DNA of 64,000 nt from Methanobacteriota archaeon (GTDB taxonomy: Archaea; Methanobacteriota; Methanobacteria; Methanobacteriales; Methanobacteriaceae). Under the pieces are notes generated by a model. The model was not told where the DNA came from. It searched no databases and saw nothing but the letters and a program-made list of their open reading frames with translations. Made by a program: the position numbers and the translations under genes. Positions 10,662 through 22,436 of this stretch are shown here, one piece after another. The DNA lies in assembly GCA_963787255.1 (NCBI GenBank), contig CAWBCJ010000029.1:576001-640000 (forward strand), read 5' to 3'. The first letter of the stretch is position 1; each line of letters opens with the position of its first letter.

Positions 10662-11414
10662 TCAGAATTTAACGGTTGAAAAAGGTTCTTTACCAAGTAG
10701 ATCAAACATCAAAACATCCGGAGCCATGATTGAATCGCCCTGAAGAGTTATAAGTTTAAATGCTTCAAATGCCTGTAAACAGCCAACAATGTTTGGAACA
10801 GGCGCAATAACTGGGGGAACTTCAGCACCCATTTCCTTAACTTCAGATATGACTTTTTCAGTTAAATCTTTGCCTAGAGAAGGTAATCTGAACAGTTCCT
10901 CGTAAGTAGGAGTGTCCTCTGTGAAAACACTTACTTGGCCCATTGTTCCGTGAATTGCACCGTGAATAAAAGGAATTCCTGAATCAAAAGTGTGTCTACT
11001 GACTGTAATTCTTGTTACAAGATTATCAAGTGCATCTATAACAATGTCACTGCCTTTAATGATTTTTTCAACATTATCTTCTTTCAATTCTTCTTCGAAG
11101 GCAGTGATGTTTACAAAGGGATTTATTGACTTTAAAATTTCATAAGTGGTATTTACCTTAGACTTTCCAACGCTGTAAAAACTGCTCATGAGTTGGCGGT
11201 TAATATTAGAAACGTCAAAGGTGTCCTTATCAATTATGGTGAGATTTCCAACACCCATTCTAACCAGCATTTCTGTTGTGGCACCGCCAATTCCTCCACA
11301 CCCAATAACTGTGATATTAGCATCTCTAAGCCTTTTCTGCTCTGATTTAGTTACAACTCCCATCTGTCTGCTTACAATTTCCCAGTAGGCCATTCCTTCA
11401 TATCTTCTTGGCAT
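10662..11414 (-). CDS. HesA/MoeB/ThiF family E1-like adenylyltransferase
   Basis: VIGCGGIG, DKDTFDVSNINRQ, DALDN. Confidence 0.9.
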   Translation of the reverse strand: MPRRYEGMAYWEIVSRQMGVVTKSEQKRLRDANITVIGCGGIGGATTEMLVRMGVGNLTIIDKDTFDVSNINRQLMSSFYSVGKSKVNTTYEILKSINPFVNITAFEEELKEDNVEKIIKGSDIVIDALDNLVTRITVSRHTFDSGIPFIHGAIHGTMGQVSVFTEDTPTYEELFRLPSLGKDLTEKVISEVKEMGAEVPPVIAPVPNIVGCLQAFEAFKLITLQGDSIMAPDVLMFDLLGKEPFSTVKF

Positions 11415-11693
11415 TATATTCCACCTTTTCTATATTTCAAAATAATATTTTTATCTAACTTGTCCACACGTCTGATGTAATTTCTGAACTTTTTTTGTGT
11501 CTGATAAGAAAATATCTAAAACCAGATAAATAAATTGTTCTGTTAAGTATAATATACATGTAATTAGGTCAAGAAAGCAAATAATTTCTAAATATCTATA
11601 AAATTAATCAAAAATTAAAATGAGATGTGTTTAAAAAAACGCAAAAAAAAGTTAAAGAAGTTTTTTAGATAATCTTCAAAAACTCATTTTATA

Positions 11694-12641
11694 TTACATT
11701 TTGCCAATGCCATCAGCAATTTCCTCGTAAGGCTGAACAATTACAAAACCATTACCTTTAAATGACATTTGGAAGGTTTCACCACTTCCCCTGCCTAATA
11801 ATGTGCCTAAATTCACGTCTGATTTGTAATCAAGGGATAATCCGTCAGACCATGCCACAGTTGCGTTTGGATCAGTGAAAACAGGTCTATCTGGAGTTAC
11901 TGCGAGTGTAATAGGGGTGTAATGGGTTGTTATCGCGATCATTCCATGTCCATGGAGTCTTATGTTGAAAAGTCCTCCGGACATCATGCCTGCGCTTGAC
12001 ATCATCTTAATTTTCCAGTCAATGTTTTCTTCAAATGCAAGAACGTCATTTCCATTAACGTACATTTTATCGCCTTCAAGGTTTAAAATGGTAATTTTCT
12101 TTCCTTTATCGGCCATATAAACGTGTCCTTGTCCTTTTGCGGACATAAGTTTGGAATTTTCGCCACTTATCTTCTTCATTAAAAACTTGTCAATTCCGCC
12201 TTCAAGGGAACTCTGTTTTTTAAATCTCACGTCGCCTGTGTAAGCTACCATAGCTCCCAATTTGGTCCATACTTTTCCATCTAAATTGATATCTAGTAAA
12301 TAATCGTTTTCAAGTTCGAATACCTCTTCACCGACATTTTTTTCAGCAGTTCTATCTAAAAATTCTTGAACTGAATATTTACTTGTGTAATAAGGTTCTG
12401 CTTTCTCATAAACTTCTACATTGACATCTTCTTCATCTTCTTCTACTGGGATTAATTCTGTTTTTCCACCACAATCAGGGCAGAAATTGGCTTCTCCCAC
12501 TTCTACATTACAGTCTGGACAGTATTTTTGTTCTGAAACTTCTTCAGTCACTTCTGCAACCACTACTTCTTCAACTTTTGAGCCACATTCAGGACAAAAT
12601 TTAGCTTCTCCAACTTCTTCTCCGCAACTTTGACAATTCAT
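11694..12641 (-). CDS. AIM24 family protein with N-terminal double zinc ribbon
   Basis: Four CxxC motifs at the N-terminus; [32 protein letters not shown]. Confidence 0.85.
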   Translation of the reverse strand: MNCQSCGEEVGEAKFCPECGSKVEEVVVAEVTEEVSEQKYCPDCNVEVGEANFCPDCGGKTELIPVEEDEEDVNVEVYEKAEPYYTSKYSVQEFLDRTAEKNVGEEVFELENDYLLDINLDGKVWTKLGAMVAYTGDVRFKKQSSLEGGIDKFLMKKISGENSKLMSAKGQGHVYMADKGKKITILNLEGDKMYVNGNDVLAFEENIDWKIKMMSSAGMMSGGLFNIRLHGHGMIAITTHYTPITLAVTPDRPVFTDPNATVAWSDGLSLDYKSDVNLGTLLGRGSGETFQMSFKGNGFVIVQPYEEIADGIGKM

Positions 12642-13064
12642 CAAACCACCAACATTATATTAAATTGATTATCAAGAATTGATATGCATTTTATGTATTT
12701 ATACTTTCTCTAACCTTTAAAAAGCTAATTGAATGATTAATCATTTAGAAATTCTTTTTTTCAATAATTTTAATTTCTCTGGGAGTTAAATCCTAAAATC
12801 ATAAAATATTTTGTCAATCTGCACATTATTTACATTTATCTAGCGTCCATGACAATTTAAATCATTATAATGTTATTTTGTAAATATCGAAAATAGATTT
12901 AAAGATTATAGAAATATTTTAATATTCAAATAAATCATAAGATTTAAAAAGATTTATAAAATTAAAATATAAATAAACACGGTTAAATACTTTAAAATAC
13001 TTAGTTCTAATTTTATAATATAGAAAAGTTTAAATTCAATAAAATTTAATGTAGGATAAGCCAC

Positions 13065-13174
13065 GCCGGGGTGGCTCAGTTGGTTAGAGCGCACGGCTCA
13101 TAGGGTATTTAAGCAGTGCTCTGACTTTTTCCTGGGATACCGTGAGGCCGCGGGTTCGAATCCCGCCCCCGGCA
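13065..13174 (+). tRNA. tRNA-Met(CAT), elongator type, with a 36-nt intron at 37/38 (13103-13138); CCA not encoded
   Basis: GCCGGGG/CCCCGGC acceptor stem, CACGG/CCGTG anticodon stem, GGTTCGAATCCC T-arm; bulge-helix-bulge CTCA/TGGG with TAG and ATA bulges. Confidence 0.92.
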
Positions 13175-13252
13175 CTTAACTCACACAATTCATAGTCCCA
13201 GAATTAAATTTCATTTTATTGCATTTAACTTTAAAAAAATACTTTATTTTAT

Positions 13253-13955
13253 TTACCAGACATGAGGAATAAGTCTATATTTTACCTTCTTTTTGTATTC
13301 ATCATATCCCTTTAATTCTTCCAACAAAACTTTTTCTTCGCCAAATATCCTTCCACAAACTAAAAAAAATACTACAACACCAATTATAATTCCATAAACT
13401 GAACCAAGGAGCAAAGGTGTCCCTATAAAGGACAATATACCTCCAAGATACAGGGGATGTCTTATAAAGCTGTAAACTCCTGTTGATACTACTTTTTGCC
13501 CCCGTTCTTTTTGTATTCTTACAAGTGGTGATAGATAAGTGTTATCCATATATGAATGGATAATAAAATATGCAGATATGATTAAAGCTATTCCTCCAAC
13601 TACTTCAAGCCATAATGGGAAGTTTAGGGTCCACATGAATCGTTTTAGCGTCTAAAGGCATGATTATAAACCAAACAAGAAACAATATAAGTATAGCATA
13701 TACAAAATATTTGTCCCATCTTTTTTCGCCCCCTGTTCCAGGTCTTCTAAACCTTTCAAGGAGTAAATCAGGATCTTTACGGTATAGATAAAAAACAGCC
13801 CCAAAACTAAGCGCTAAAAACCAAATACTGAAGATCCAGCCTTCAATCCAAAACCAGTCACCTGAAATGAAAAGTAAAATTGCTGGAAAGATTAAGATAT
13901 AAATTATGGTCAAGAAAAGTCTGATTTTAGTTATTTTTGGTTTTTCAGTTTCCAT
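13253..13955 (-). CDS. Isoprenylcysteine carboxyl methyltransferase family membrane protein (one frameshift near 13645)
   Basis: Two overlapping ORFs join on removing one base of an A4 run (..PLDAKRFMWT..); VSTGVYSFIRHPLY, EEKVL, YRLIP motifs. Confidence 0.8.
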
Positions 13956-14136
13956 AGGAACATCTCAGTTGGATTTATAGTATTTACTTAAATCTTATTT
14001 TGCTGCGGTTCCAATCAATTTTTCATGAGACTATGATTTTTAAGTGGAATGTTTTGGATCCTTTGTATTATATTGTCCAGTTTAGGGCAGTATAACCTAT
14101 TTTCATCAAACTTTCTAAAGAACGTAAAATTGATTA

Positions 14137-15003
14137 TTAAATTTTTCTCTTTGATTCAATGAGTGTTTCTAATTTCTGTATATCAACTTCTCTTTTATAT
14201 AATGGAGATTTAACTTTGCTGTAAGCTGTTAATGTTTCTTCGAAGGTTAGTTTGTTTTCATTTTTGTAAAAAATGCCTAATGGATATTTTTCAGTTTCTG
14301 TTGCCCTTTTAAATGCTTCATTTTTATCGTATGGGTCGTGGGAGTCTTCCAGTTTGTATGTATTTTCTCTAAACCACTGGTAAGTATTTATTTTGTTGAA
14401 AGTGACACAGGGCTGGAATACATCAACAAGGGCGAATCCTTTATGTTTTATAGCTTCTTTCATAATATTTTTCATGTGTTCCATGTCGCCGGCAAATGTT
14501 CTGGCCACAAATGATGCATCGAGGGCAATTGCAACTGCCAATGGATTAAATGGTTCTAAAGACACTCCTTCAACTTGTAACGGTGTTTTCATTTCTATAC
14601 TTGATGTAGGGGATGCCTGACCTTTAGTTAGACCGTAAACCATGTTATTATGCACTATACTGGTTATATCTGGATTTCGACGGATTGTATGCATGAGATG
14701 ATTTCCTCCTTCTCCGTACATATCCCCATCGCCACTTGTGACTATTACCCTAAGCTCCTTATTTACAGCTTTAATCGCTGTTGCAGGTGAGAGCGCTCTG
14801 CCGTGAAGACTGTTATATGTATGTGATTTAAGGTAATGTGGAAGCTTACCGGCCTGCCCTATTCCAGATACAAGGACAAGCTTTTCCTGGTCAATTTCAA
14901 GTTCTGCAAGTGCAGTTTTTAGTGTCCTTAAAATTAGGAAGTCCCCACAGCCCGGACACCATGCTACATCGGCACCTTCAACGTCAAAGATTTTAGGATC
15001 CAT
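14137..15003 (-). CDS. 2-oxoacid:ferredoxin oxidoreductase beta subunit (TPP-binding)
   Basis: [38 protein letters not shown]. Confidence 0.93.
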   Translation of the reverse strand: MDPKIFDVEGADVAWCPGCGDFLILRTLKTALAELEIDQEKLVLVSGIGQAGKLPHYLKSHTYNSLHGRALSPATAIKAVNKELRVIVTSGDGDMYGEGGNHLMHTIRRNPDITSIVHNNMVYGLTKGQASPTSSIEMKTPLQVEGVSLEPFNPLAVAIALDASFVARTFAGDMEHMKNIMKEAIKHKGFALVDVFQPCVTFNKINTYQWFRENTYKLEDSHDPYDKNEAFKRATETEKYPLGIFYKNENKLTFEETLTAYSKVKSPLYKREVDIQKLETLIESKRKI

Positions 15004-16721
15004 TATAACTCCTCCAGAAGGCTTTTTAAGTATTCTGTAACTTCTTCAACAGAAAATGGCATTCCATTATACTTCAATGCCTTTTTATGGATTTCAAAAC
15101 CAGTGTTGAGTTTTATCAAGTTTCCAAATTGTGAATTTGCATTATTTTCAAAGATTATGGTCTTTCGAGCCTTTTCAAGATAATCCTGTGTGCTTTCATG
15201 CAGTGGATAAACCTGTTTGAAATACAAAAAGGCAATATCCTTGCTCTGCAGGTTATCCAGGGTTTCTTTAATTGGTCCATAAGTGGATCCCCAACCAATA
15301 ACCAGAATTCTATAATCTGATGGTCCAATGAGCTCAGGAGGCACCACATCTTTTTTGATCCCTTCAAGCTTTTTCAGGCGTTTTTCAACCATTTTATCCC
15401 TTAAATGGAGATCTTCTGTAATATGTCCCTCTTCATCATGTTCATCTGAATCTACAACTACGAGACCCTTACCAAATCCTGGAATTCCCCTTGGAGAGAT
15501 ACCATCATCAGTAATTTCATACCTTCTATAATTCTCATCTGTTTTTACAATATAATCTTCAATTTCCACGTCTTTAGTTACTAAAGAAGGCAGGTTATAA
15601 TATATATCAGCTAAATACTGGTCTGAAAGTATGAAAACAGGTATTTGGTATTTATCTGCGATGTTAAATGCCCTTTGAGTCATGTAAAATGCATCTTCAA
15701 AATTACCTGGAGCAAATATTGCTTTTGGAGTTTCTCCAGGCCCGGAATAGAGTACTAAATCAAGATCCTCCTGTGCTGTTCTTGTGGGAAGTCCCACGGC
15801 AGGACCGGGGCGCTGACCAATATAAAGTACTATTGGTGTTTCTATCATTCCTGATAAACCTACAGCTTCGGTCATAAGGGCAAATCCACTTCCGGAAGTT
15901 GCTGCAAGTGCCCTTGCTCCAGCATAAGCGGCTCCAAGCCCCATGTTTATTGCAGCTATTTCGTCTTCAGCTTGCTCAAAAATAACCTCAAAATCCTTTG
16001 ATTGATGCGCAATAAAAACTTGAAGAGATGTTGTAGGCGTCATGGGATAAGAAGACATGAATTTAACTCCACCTGCAAGGCAGCCGTATCCAAAAACGTC
16101 TATTCCATTTAAAAGTAGCTCATTTCTAATTTCAGAGTCTTTTTCTATGTTTATTTTAATCTCTCCTGATTTTAATAGATCTTCTCCAACTTTATATCCT
16201 TCTTCACCAGCCTTCAAATCGCCTTTCAGGATTTTTTCTCCCTTTCTCGAAAACATTGCAGTTATACATTCCTCGAATATTTCTTTATTAATATTTAAAA
16301 TTCTTGAAAGTGCCCCTGCAGCTATTATATTTGCAAATATGGGGCCTCCAATATCTTTTGCAATTTTTAAGAAGGGAATTTTTATTACATTGGGTATATC
16401 AACATCTTTCAGTGTATCTTCATCCCCAATTATGAGGGTATTATCAGATATTCTCTCTTTAAGGTGATCTATAGCTCCTTTACTAATTGCAACCAGTATA
16501 TCAATCCTGTCAACATATGCAGATATTCTTTTTGAAGATACTCGTATTTGAGTTGAATTTTCTCCTCCTCTTACTCGTGACATGTATTCTTTTGAGGAAA
16601 ATACGTTGTATCCTCCAAGTTTAATAGCCTGTACCAGTATAGCCTCAACAGTTTGAATTCCCTGTCCTGCTTCACCGCAAAGGACTATTGAAACATCTTC
16701 TCCAGATAAAAATTCAGACAT
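15003..16721 (-). CDS. 2-oxoacid:acceptor oxidoreductase alpha subunit (gamma-alpha fusion)
   Basis: [38 protein letters not shown]. Confidence 0.93.
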   Translation of the reverse strand: MSEFLSGEDVSIVLCGEAGQGIQTVEAILVQAIKLGGYNVFSSKEYMSRVRGGENSTQIRVSSKRISAYVDRIDILVAISKGAIDHLKERISDNTLIIGDEDTLKDVDIPNVIKIPFLKIAKDIGGPIFANIIAAGALSRILNINKEIFEECITAMFSRKGEKILKGDLKAGEEGYKVGEDLLKSGEIKINIEKDSEIRNELLLNGIDVFGYGCLAGGVKFMSSYPMTPTTSLQVFIAHQSKDFEVIFEQAEDEIAAINMGLGAAYAGARALAATSGSGFALMTEAVGLSGMIETPIVLYIGQRPGPAVGLPTRTAQEDLDLVLYSGPGETPKAIFAPGNFEDAFYMTQRAFNIADKYQIPVFILSDQYLADIYYNLPSLVTKDVEIEDYIVKTDENYRRYEITDDGISPRGIPGFGKGLVVVDSDEHDEEGHITEDLHLRDKMVEKRLKKLEGIKKDVVPPELIGPSDYRILVIGWGSTYGPIKETLDNLQSKDIAFLYFKQVYPLHESTQDYLEKARKTIIFENNANSQFGNLIKLNTGFEIHKKALKYNGMPFSVEEVTEYLKSLLEEL

Positions 16722-16936
16722 GATATCACCCGCTAAATAACAAAAATTTCAAGATTTATAATAATATATTAAGGGTTCATTTTTACTTAAATTTTGGCAT
16801 TCATGCTTAATTTATTGAATTTTGAATTTGAAAATAAATCTCTTAAAACATATTATAGTGTAATACTTTCATTTAAAAAATAAAAATAAAATTAATAGAT
16901 AATCAGTAAAAAAAAGGAAAAAAAATATTTAAAAAT

Positions 16937-18379
16937 TTAATTTAAACTTTCCATTGCCAATTCTGCCCCAGCTTCAAGTATTTCCAGGTTTATTGGAATT
17001 AATTTGGGTTTTTTAGAGAAAGTGTGTTCTATTGCCTTTTTGAATACTTCATCAGGTAGTTCAGTACATCCCAAGGCCATTAAAACCCCAAGCAATACGG
17101 TATTTCCCGCCTGTTTAACACCATGTTCTTTAGCAATCTTAAAAGCAGGTACAGATACAGCTTTAACACCCTCAGGAGCTTTAAATTCACCTATTGCAGA
17201 ATCATAGAGAATTAAGCCTCCTTCTTTTACTTCACCGTTGAATTCTTCAAGTGAAGGTTTATTTAGCGCAACAAGAACGTCAACTTCGTGAACCGCTGGA
17301 GAACCTATAACTTCGCCAGAAATAACCACTACACAATTAGAGGCCCCACCTCTCTGTTCAGGACCGTAAGATGGATAATATGACACGTGACGCTTTGCTT
17401 TCATCCCTGCTTCTGCCAGAGTAAGTCCCATACTTAAAACTCCCTGACCGCCAAATCCTGCAATTTTAACGCTTTTTTCTGCAAAATCCGGATCATCCAC
17501 AGCATCTCCTGCGCTTTCCATGGTAACATTGAAGATTTTATCAAGTGATTCCTTGGAAAAGTCACTTTCACCCCTGCAAAGCGGTTCAACTTCTTTGATT
17601 TTATCTCTAAAATTTTTAACAGGGAATTCCTTCTCCATCTCTTCATTGATAAACTTTTCAGCGCCAACTGCATCCTGTCTGAGGTTTGTTGGACAGGGAG
17701 ATAGTACTTCAACAAATGCATATCCTTTACCATCTCTTTGCACTTCAAGAGCTTTTTTAACCGCTCTTTTTGCTTTACGTATATTTTTAACATCTGAAAG
17801 TGATACTCTTTCAATATAAACTGGTGCATTCAAGTTATCGATGAGTTCACACATATGTAATGGATATCCGGCAAATCTGGGGTCTCTTCCTTCAGGACAG
17901 GTCACTGTAACCTCTCCAATTAAGGTTGTTGGGGCCATCTGCCCGCCAGTCATCCCATAAACAGTATTGTTTATGAAAAATACTGCTAATTTTTCCCCAC
18001 GGTTTGCAGCTTGAATTGTTTCGTTAAGCCCTATTGAAGCTAGATCTCCATCTCCCTGGTATAATATGACTATGGCACTGTCTTCTGCCCTTGATAATCC
18101 TGTTCCAACTGCCGGTGCCCTTCCATGAGCCACCTGAACATTCCCACAATCAAAGTAGTAATAAGCAAATACTGCACATCCTACGGGGCTTGTCATAATT
18201 GCTCTTTCCTGTATTCCAAGCTCATCTACTGCTTCTCCAATGAGTTTGTGTAGTATTCCGTGGCCGCAGCCGGGACAGTAATGTGTTGCTGTTGGGGAGC
18301 TTCCGCCTTTTCTCTTGAATTCATCGAGTATTGATTTAGGTTTTCCAATGATTTTCTCTGTCACTTCAGTGTTTTTCAT
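16937..18379 (-). CDS. vorA: Ketoisovalerate oxidoreductase VorA (beta-gamma fusion)
   Basis: [18 protein letters not shown], then GFGGQG and YGPEQRGG; ATG at 18379 after GGAGGT RBS. Confidence 0.88.
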   Translation of the reverse strand: MKNTEVTEKIIGKPKSILDEFKRKGGSSPTATHYCPGCGHGILHKLIGEAVDELGIQERAIMTSPVGCAVFAYYYFDCGNVQVAHGRAPAVGTGLSRAEDSAIVILYQGDGDLASIGLNETIQAANRGEKLAVFFINNTVYGMTGGQMAPTTLIGEVTVTCPEGRDPRFAGYPLHMCELIDNLNAPVYIERVSLSDVKNIRKAKRAVKKALEVQRDGKGYAFVEVLSPCPTNLRQDAVGAEKFINEEMEKEFPVKNFRDKIKEVEPLCRGESDFSKESLDKIFNVTMESAGDAVDDPDFAEKSVKIAGFGGQGVLSMGLTLAEAGMKAKRHVSYYPSYGPEQRGGASNCVVVISGEVIGSPAVHEVDVLVALNKPSLEEFNGEVKEGGLILYDSAIGEFKAPEGVKAVSVPAFKIAKEHGVKQAGNTVLLGVLMALGCTELPDEVFKKAIEHTFSKKPKLIPINLEILEAGAELAMESLN

Positions 18380-18380
18380 C

Positions 18381-19436
18381 TTATTTACCTCCCGCAACTT
18401 CTCTAATTTTATCCATTACATCGTTAAGTTCAATAATATTTCCACCCATCCGATTTACAAGTTCTACGTTCTTGCATTCAATAGCCATCTTTATATCTTC
18501 CCGCATCTGGCCGTTGCTCATCTCTACAGATATGAAATTAGGGTTTTTGTTATCTGCAATTTTCTTTAATTCTTTTTCGGGGAAGGGGAACAGTGTTTTT
18601 GGCCTGAAAAGTCCTACTTTAATTCCATCTTCCCTTGCAACATCTACCGCCGATCTTGCTGTTCTGCTGCTTATTCCATAGGATACAAGAACTATTTCAG
18701 CATCTTCAATCTGGTATCCTTCATAATCAACTTCATTTTCTTTTATTTTTTCATATTTTTCCTGAACTTTAAAGTTAAATTCTTCTAGTAAATCAAAATC
18801 AAGGAATATAGATGTAACAAGGTTATTCATTGTTTTTGCATTTCCGCAGACTGCCCATGAAGTGTCGATTTCAGGTTCAAAAGCTTTTTCCGGAAAATGA
18901 AGTGGTTCTATCATTTGGCCGAGAACGGCATCTGCAATGATTATTACGGGATTACGCCATTTTTCTGCAAGTTCAAATGCCTTTATGGTGCAATCGCACA
19001 TTTCCTGAACAGAATTTGGAGCTAAAACAATATTTTTGTAGTTTCCGTGACCTCCACCTTTTACAAGCTGGTTGTAATCACCTTGTTCAGGTCCAATATT
19101 CCCAAGCCCTGGACCGGCTCTCATAACATCTACTATAACGCAGGGCAGTTCTGCACCCGCTAAAAAGGATATTCCTTCCTGTTTTAGACTTATTCCCGGA
19201 CCTGAGGATGCTGTCATCACTCTGTGTCCTGCTGCAGCGCCTCCGTATACCATGTTTATGGCAGCTTCTTCTGATTCTGCCTGTACAAATTTTCTTCCCA
19301 CCATGGGGAAGTATTTAGATGCTTCGTGAAGAATTTCGCTTGCAGGGGTGATCGGATACCCGAAATAGCAGTCACAGCCGGCATACATGGCCCCTATTAT
19401 GACTGCTGTATTTCCTCTTATAAGTTGAGTTGCCAT
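18381..19436 (-). CDS. vorB: Ketoisovalerate oxidoreductase VorB
   Basis: [29 protein letters not shown]. Confidence 0.9.
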   Translation of the reverse strand: MATQLIRGNTAVIIGAMYAGCDCYFGYPITPASEILHEASKYFPMVGRKFVQAESEEAAINMVYGGAAAGHRVMTASSGPGISLKQEGISFLAGAELPCVIVDVMRAGPGLGNIGPEQGDYNQLVKGGGHGNYKNIVLAPNSVQEMCDCTIKAFELAEKWRNPVIIIADAVLGQMIEPLHFPEKAFEPEIDTSWAVCGNAKTMNNLVTSIFLDFDLLEEFNFKVQEKYEKIKENEVDYEGYQIEDAEIVLVSYGISSRTARSAVDVAREDGIKVGLFRPKTLFPFPEKELKKIADNKNPNFISVEMSNGQMREDIKMAIECKNVELVNRMGGNIIELNDVMDKIREVAGGK

Positions 19437-19438
19437 GT

Positions 19439-19690
19439 TTAATCCTCCTGTTTTTTAGGTTTTTGGGGAATGTGAACTTCAATTGCTAATGGTTCTGGGC
19501 AGGTATAATAACAGTCTCCACATCCTGTACACCCTTCACCTTCATAAATTACGTAGTGATACCCTCTTTCATTTGTATCATCGCTCATCTTTAAAATGCT
19601 CTTTTTGCATGCTATTATACATCTTTCACATGCTTTGCATTCTAAAGCGTTGATTACGGGGTAAGGTTCTCTATTTTCTGATTTAGACAT
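19439..19690 (-). CDS. vorC: Vor ferredoxin subunit (2x[4Fe-4S])
   Basis: [25 protein letters not shown]; operon context. Confidence 0.82.
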   Translation of the reverse strand: MSKSENREPYPVINALECKACERCIIACKKSILKMSDDTNERGYHYVIYEGEGCTGCGDCYYTCPEPLAIEVHIPQKPKKQED

Positions 19691-19729
19691 AAGTATATCC
19701 TTCTAAAAATTTAATTAATTTAAAATTAA

Positions 19730-19753
19730 TAAAGGGTTTAAGTTTACCCTTTA
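19730..19753. terminator. Intergenic hairpin between the acyl-CoA synthetase and vorC
   Basis: TAAAGGGT-N8-ACCCTTTA inverted repeat. Confidence 0.4.
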
Positions 19754-19759
19754 TACTTT

Positions 19760-21430
19760 TTATTCCTGATCTTTGCTTCGTATTTCTACTCTCCTTATCT
19801 TCCCGCTTATTGTTTTAGGAAGCTCTTCCACAAATTCAATAACACGAGGGTATTTATAAGGTGCTGTTACATTTTTAACGTGGGCTTGAATCTCTTTTTT
19901 CAATTCTTCAGACGGTTGATAATTATTGGTAAGTACAATCGTTGCTTTCACAACTTGACCCCTTACAGGATCAGGAAATCCTGTTATAGCACATTCTAAA
20001 ACTGAAGGATGAGATAAAACTGCACTTTCCACTTCAAATGGGCCAATTCTATATCCTGAACTTTTAATCATGTCGTCAGTTCTTCCAACAAACCAGATGT
20101 ATCCATCTTCATCCATCCAGGCTGTATCGCCTGTATGATAGTATCCATCGTACCAAACTTCCTTGGTTTTTTCAGGATCTAGATAATAACCTCCAAAAAG
20201 GCCTATTGGATTATTATCACCGGTTTTAATGACTATTTCTCCTTCTTCTCCAACATCTGATTGTTTATTTTCTTTATCTACTATTGTAATGTCATATATT
20301 GGCGCTGGTTTCCCCATTGATCCAGGTCGTGGGATCATCCATGGAAAATTGGCAACAGACACAACACTTTCTGTCTGACCGAAACCTTCCATTAATCTTA
20401 ATCCAGTAAATTCATAGAATTTATTGTAAACTTCAGGATTTAAGGGTTCACCGGCAGTAACTGCATATTCGAGGGTTGAAAAATTATATTTGGATAGATC
20501 TTCTTTTATTAAGAACCTATAAATTGTGGGTGGGGCACAGTAGGTTGTAACGCCGTATTTAGAAGCTTTTTCAAGCATTTTACCTGCATCAAACCTTTCA
20601 TAGTCGTATATGAAAACTGCACTGCCGGATATCCACTGTCCGTAGATTTGGCCCCAAACTGACTTTGCCCAACCGGTATCTGCAACGGTATAATGAATTC
20701 CATCGTCAACAACGTTTTGCCAGTATTTTGCAGTTATAATATGGGCTAATGGATAGGTAAAATCGTGTTGAATCATTTTAGGGAGTCCTGTAGTCCCTGA
20801 TGAGAAGTAAACAAGTGACGTATCATCATTTGTAGTATTTTTATTTCCAGATGGACGTTCAAATTCAAGAGGAGCATCTTCAATTTCTTTCCTGAAATTA
20901 AACCATCCTTTTCTATCTTCATCACTAACTATGGCTTTTGTGAGCTTTAAATCTTTCAATTCTTCATCTGCCTCGTCAAAGTACTCTGGAACTCCCTCTT
21001 CGGCAATACATATTACCATTTTGATTTTAGCACTCTCTATTCTATATACAATATCTTCAGTTCTAAGCATGTGTGTCGCGGGAATGGCTATTGCACCAAT
21101 TTTGTGAAGACCTAGAAGGCAGAACCAGAATTCATAGCGTGCTTTAAGAGTAAGCATTACAGTATCGCCTTTTTTTATTCCGCACTTCATGAAGAAGTTC
21201 GCTGCCTTGTCACTGTAATATTTCATATCTGCAAATGTAAATACGCGGTCATTATCATTGTCGTCGCACCAGACCATTGCAATTTTATCTGGAATATCCG
21301 CTGCGTATTCATCAACAACATCGTAAGCGAAATTGAAATTTTCTGGAACATTTATCTTAAAATTTTCTTTAAAATCTTCGTATGATTCAAATTCAACTTT
21401 TGAAAGAAATTTAGTTAGTAATGATGACAT
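19760..21430 (-). CDS. AMP-forming acyl-CoA synthetase
   Basis: [39 protein letters not shown]. Confidence 0.93.
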   Translation of the reverse strand: MSSLLTKFLSKVEFESYEDFKENFKINVPENFNFAYDVVDEYAADIPDKIAMVWCDDNDNDRVFTFADMKYYSDKAANFFMKCGIKKGDTVMLTLKARYEFWFCLLGLHKIGAIAIPATHMLRTEDIVYRIESAKIKMVICIAEEGVPEYFDEADEELKDLKLTKAIVSDEDRKGWFNFRKEIEDAPLEFERPSGNKNTTNDDTSLVYFSSGTTGLPKMIQHDFTYPLAHIITAKYWQNVVDDGIHYTVADTGWAKSVWGQIYGQWISGSAVFIYDYERFDAGKMLEKASKYGVTTYCAPPTIYRFLIKEDLSKYNFSTLEYAVTAGEPLNPEVYNKFYEFTGLRLMEGFGQTESVVSVANFPWMIPRPGSMGKPAPIYDITIVDKENKQSDVGEEGEIVIKTGDNNPIGLFGGYYLDPEKTKEVWYDGYYHTGDTAWMDEDGYIWFVGRTDDMIKSSGYRIGPFEVESAVLSHPSVLECAITGFPDPVRGQVVKATIVLTNNYQPSEELKKEIQAHVKNVTAPYKYPRVIEFVEELPKTISGKIRRVEIRSKDQE

Positions 21431-21473
21431 TATTATTACCTCATATCGCGATTAATCGTTATTAAGTTATCAT

Positions 21474-22028
21474 TTACATTATTATTGCTAGAAATTTAGC
21501 GGTCTTATTGTTTAAAGCTTCCATCGCATGATCCTGGGAAGAATCAAAGAATATTGAATCTCCTTCATTTAGAATAATCTCATTATTGTGAATGTAATAT
21601 TTTAAAGATCCTTCAAGGACGTAATTAAACTCTTGTCCTGGATGTGAATTTTTTGATGGTTGTCCTGTACTGTCTTTTGGTTCAACGGTAACGATGAATG
21701 GTTCGGCCTTTTTATGAATGAATTTTTCAGCAAGATTTTCGTATTTATATTGCTTGCGTCTTTCTACCGCAATTCCTTTATCCTTTCGTGTAACGGTGAA
21801 AAAGTGCATTCTGGTTTCTTCTCCTGTAAGTAGCAATCCCATATCCACGCCAAACTTATGTGCAATTTCAAAAAGAATACTTGCTGGTATGTCTGAAACT
21901 CCTTCTTCATATTCTTTGTAGGTTTCAACGTCGATTTTTAGATATTCTGCCATTTCTTCAGTGCTTATATCTGATAAGTCTCTTAATTCGAAGATACGTG
22001 ACCCGATTTCTTTCATCTTTTCTTTCAT
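21474..22028 (-). CDS. XRE-family HTH plus cupin transcriptional regulator
   Basis: N-terminal HTH; [12 protein letters not shown] and GDSIFFDS..H cupin motifs. Confidence 0.9.
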   Translation of the reverse strand: MKEKMKEIGSRIFELRDLSDISTEEMAEYLKIDVETYKEYEEGVSDIPASILFEIAHKFGVDMGLLLTGEETRMHFFTVTRKDKGIAVERRKQYKYENLAEKFIHKKAEPFIVTVEPKDSTGQPSKNSHPGQEFNYVLEGSLKYYIHNNEIILNEGDSIFFDSSQDHAMEALNNKTAKFLAIIM

Positions 22029-22436
22029 TCTACCACTCTTTAAAATTGAAGCTAAATCCTTAACTTATTATCATTTCAAATTATTATTAATTGTTCTGAA
22101 TTATATTGAATTAAAAAAATACAATGTTAAATAATATTAGAATTATATTAGATTTAAACTATATATAATGATTATTAATGACAATTAGGTTAACTGATAT
22201 TTATAAATTATCCTTACAAATTATTGAATAACAATGAATAAATTAAATGTAAATAATGAAAGTTTAGGAACAGACAATTATTTTAGGGTATGGTATAATG
22301 CTGATTTTCCCATTCAAAAAAAATCATCATAATGAATTAATTTTTTTTCAATTGCTTTTAAACGAACTTTTGGAGAATATGGCGTTTAACAGGGGATAAA
22401 TTTTTAAAAAAGAAAAAAGAAAGAATATCAGCCGAT

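Noticed and set aside
11461-11530. Clustered CTGA/TGATG as a C/D box sRNA
   Set aside because: Box C is imperfect and spacing is too short for guide regions
13065-13955. Integrated element at tRNA-Met
   Set aside because: No integrase and no repeated tRNA 3' end seen in the window
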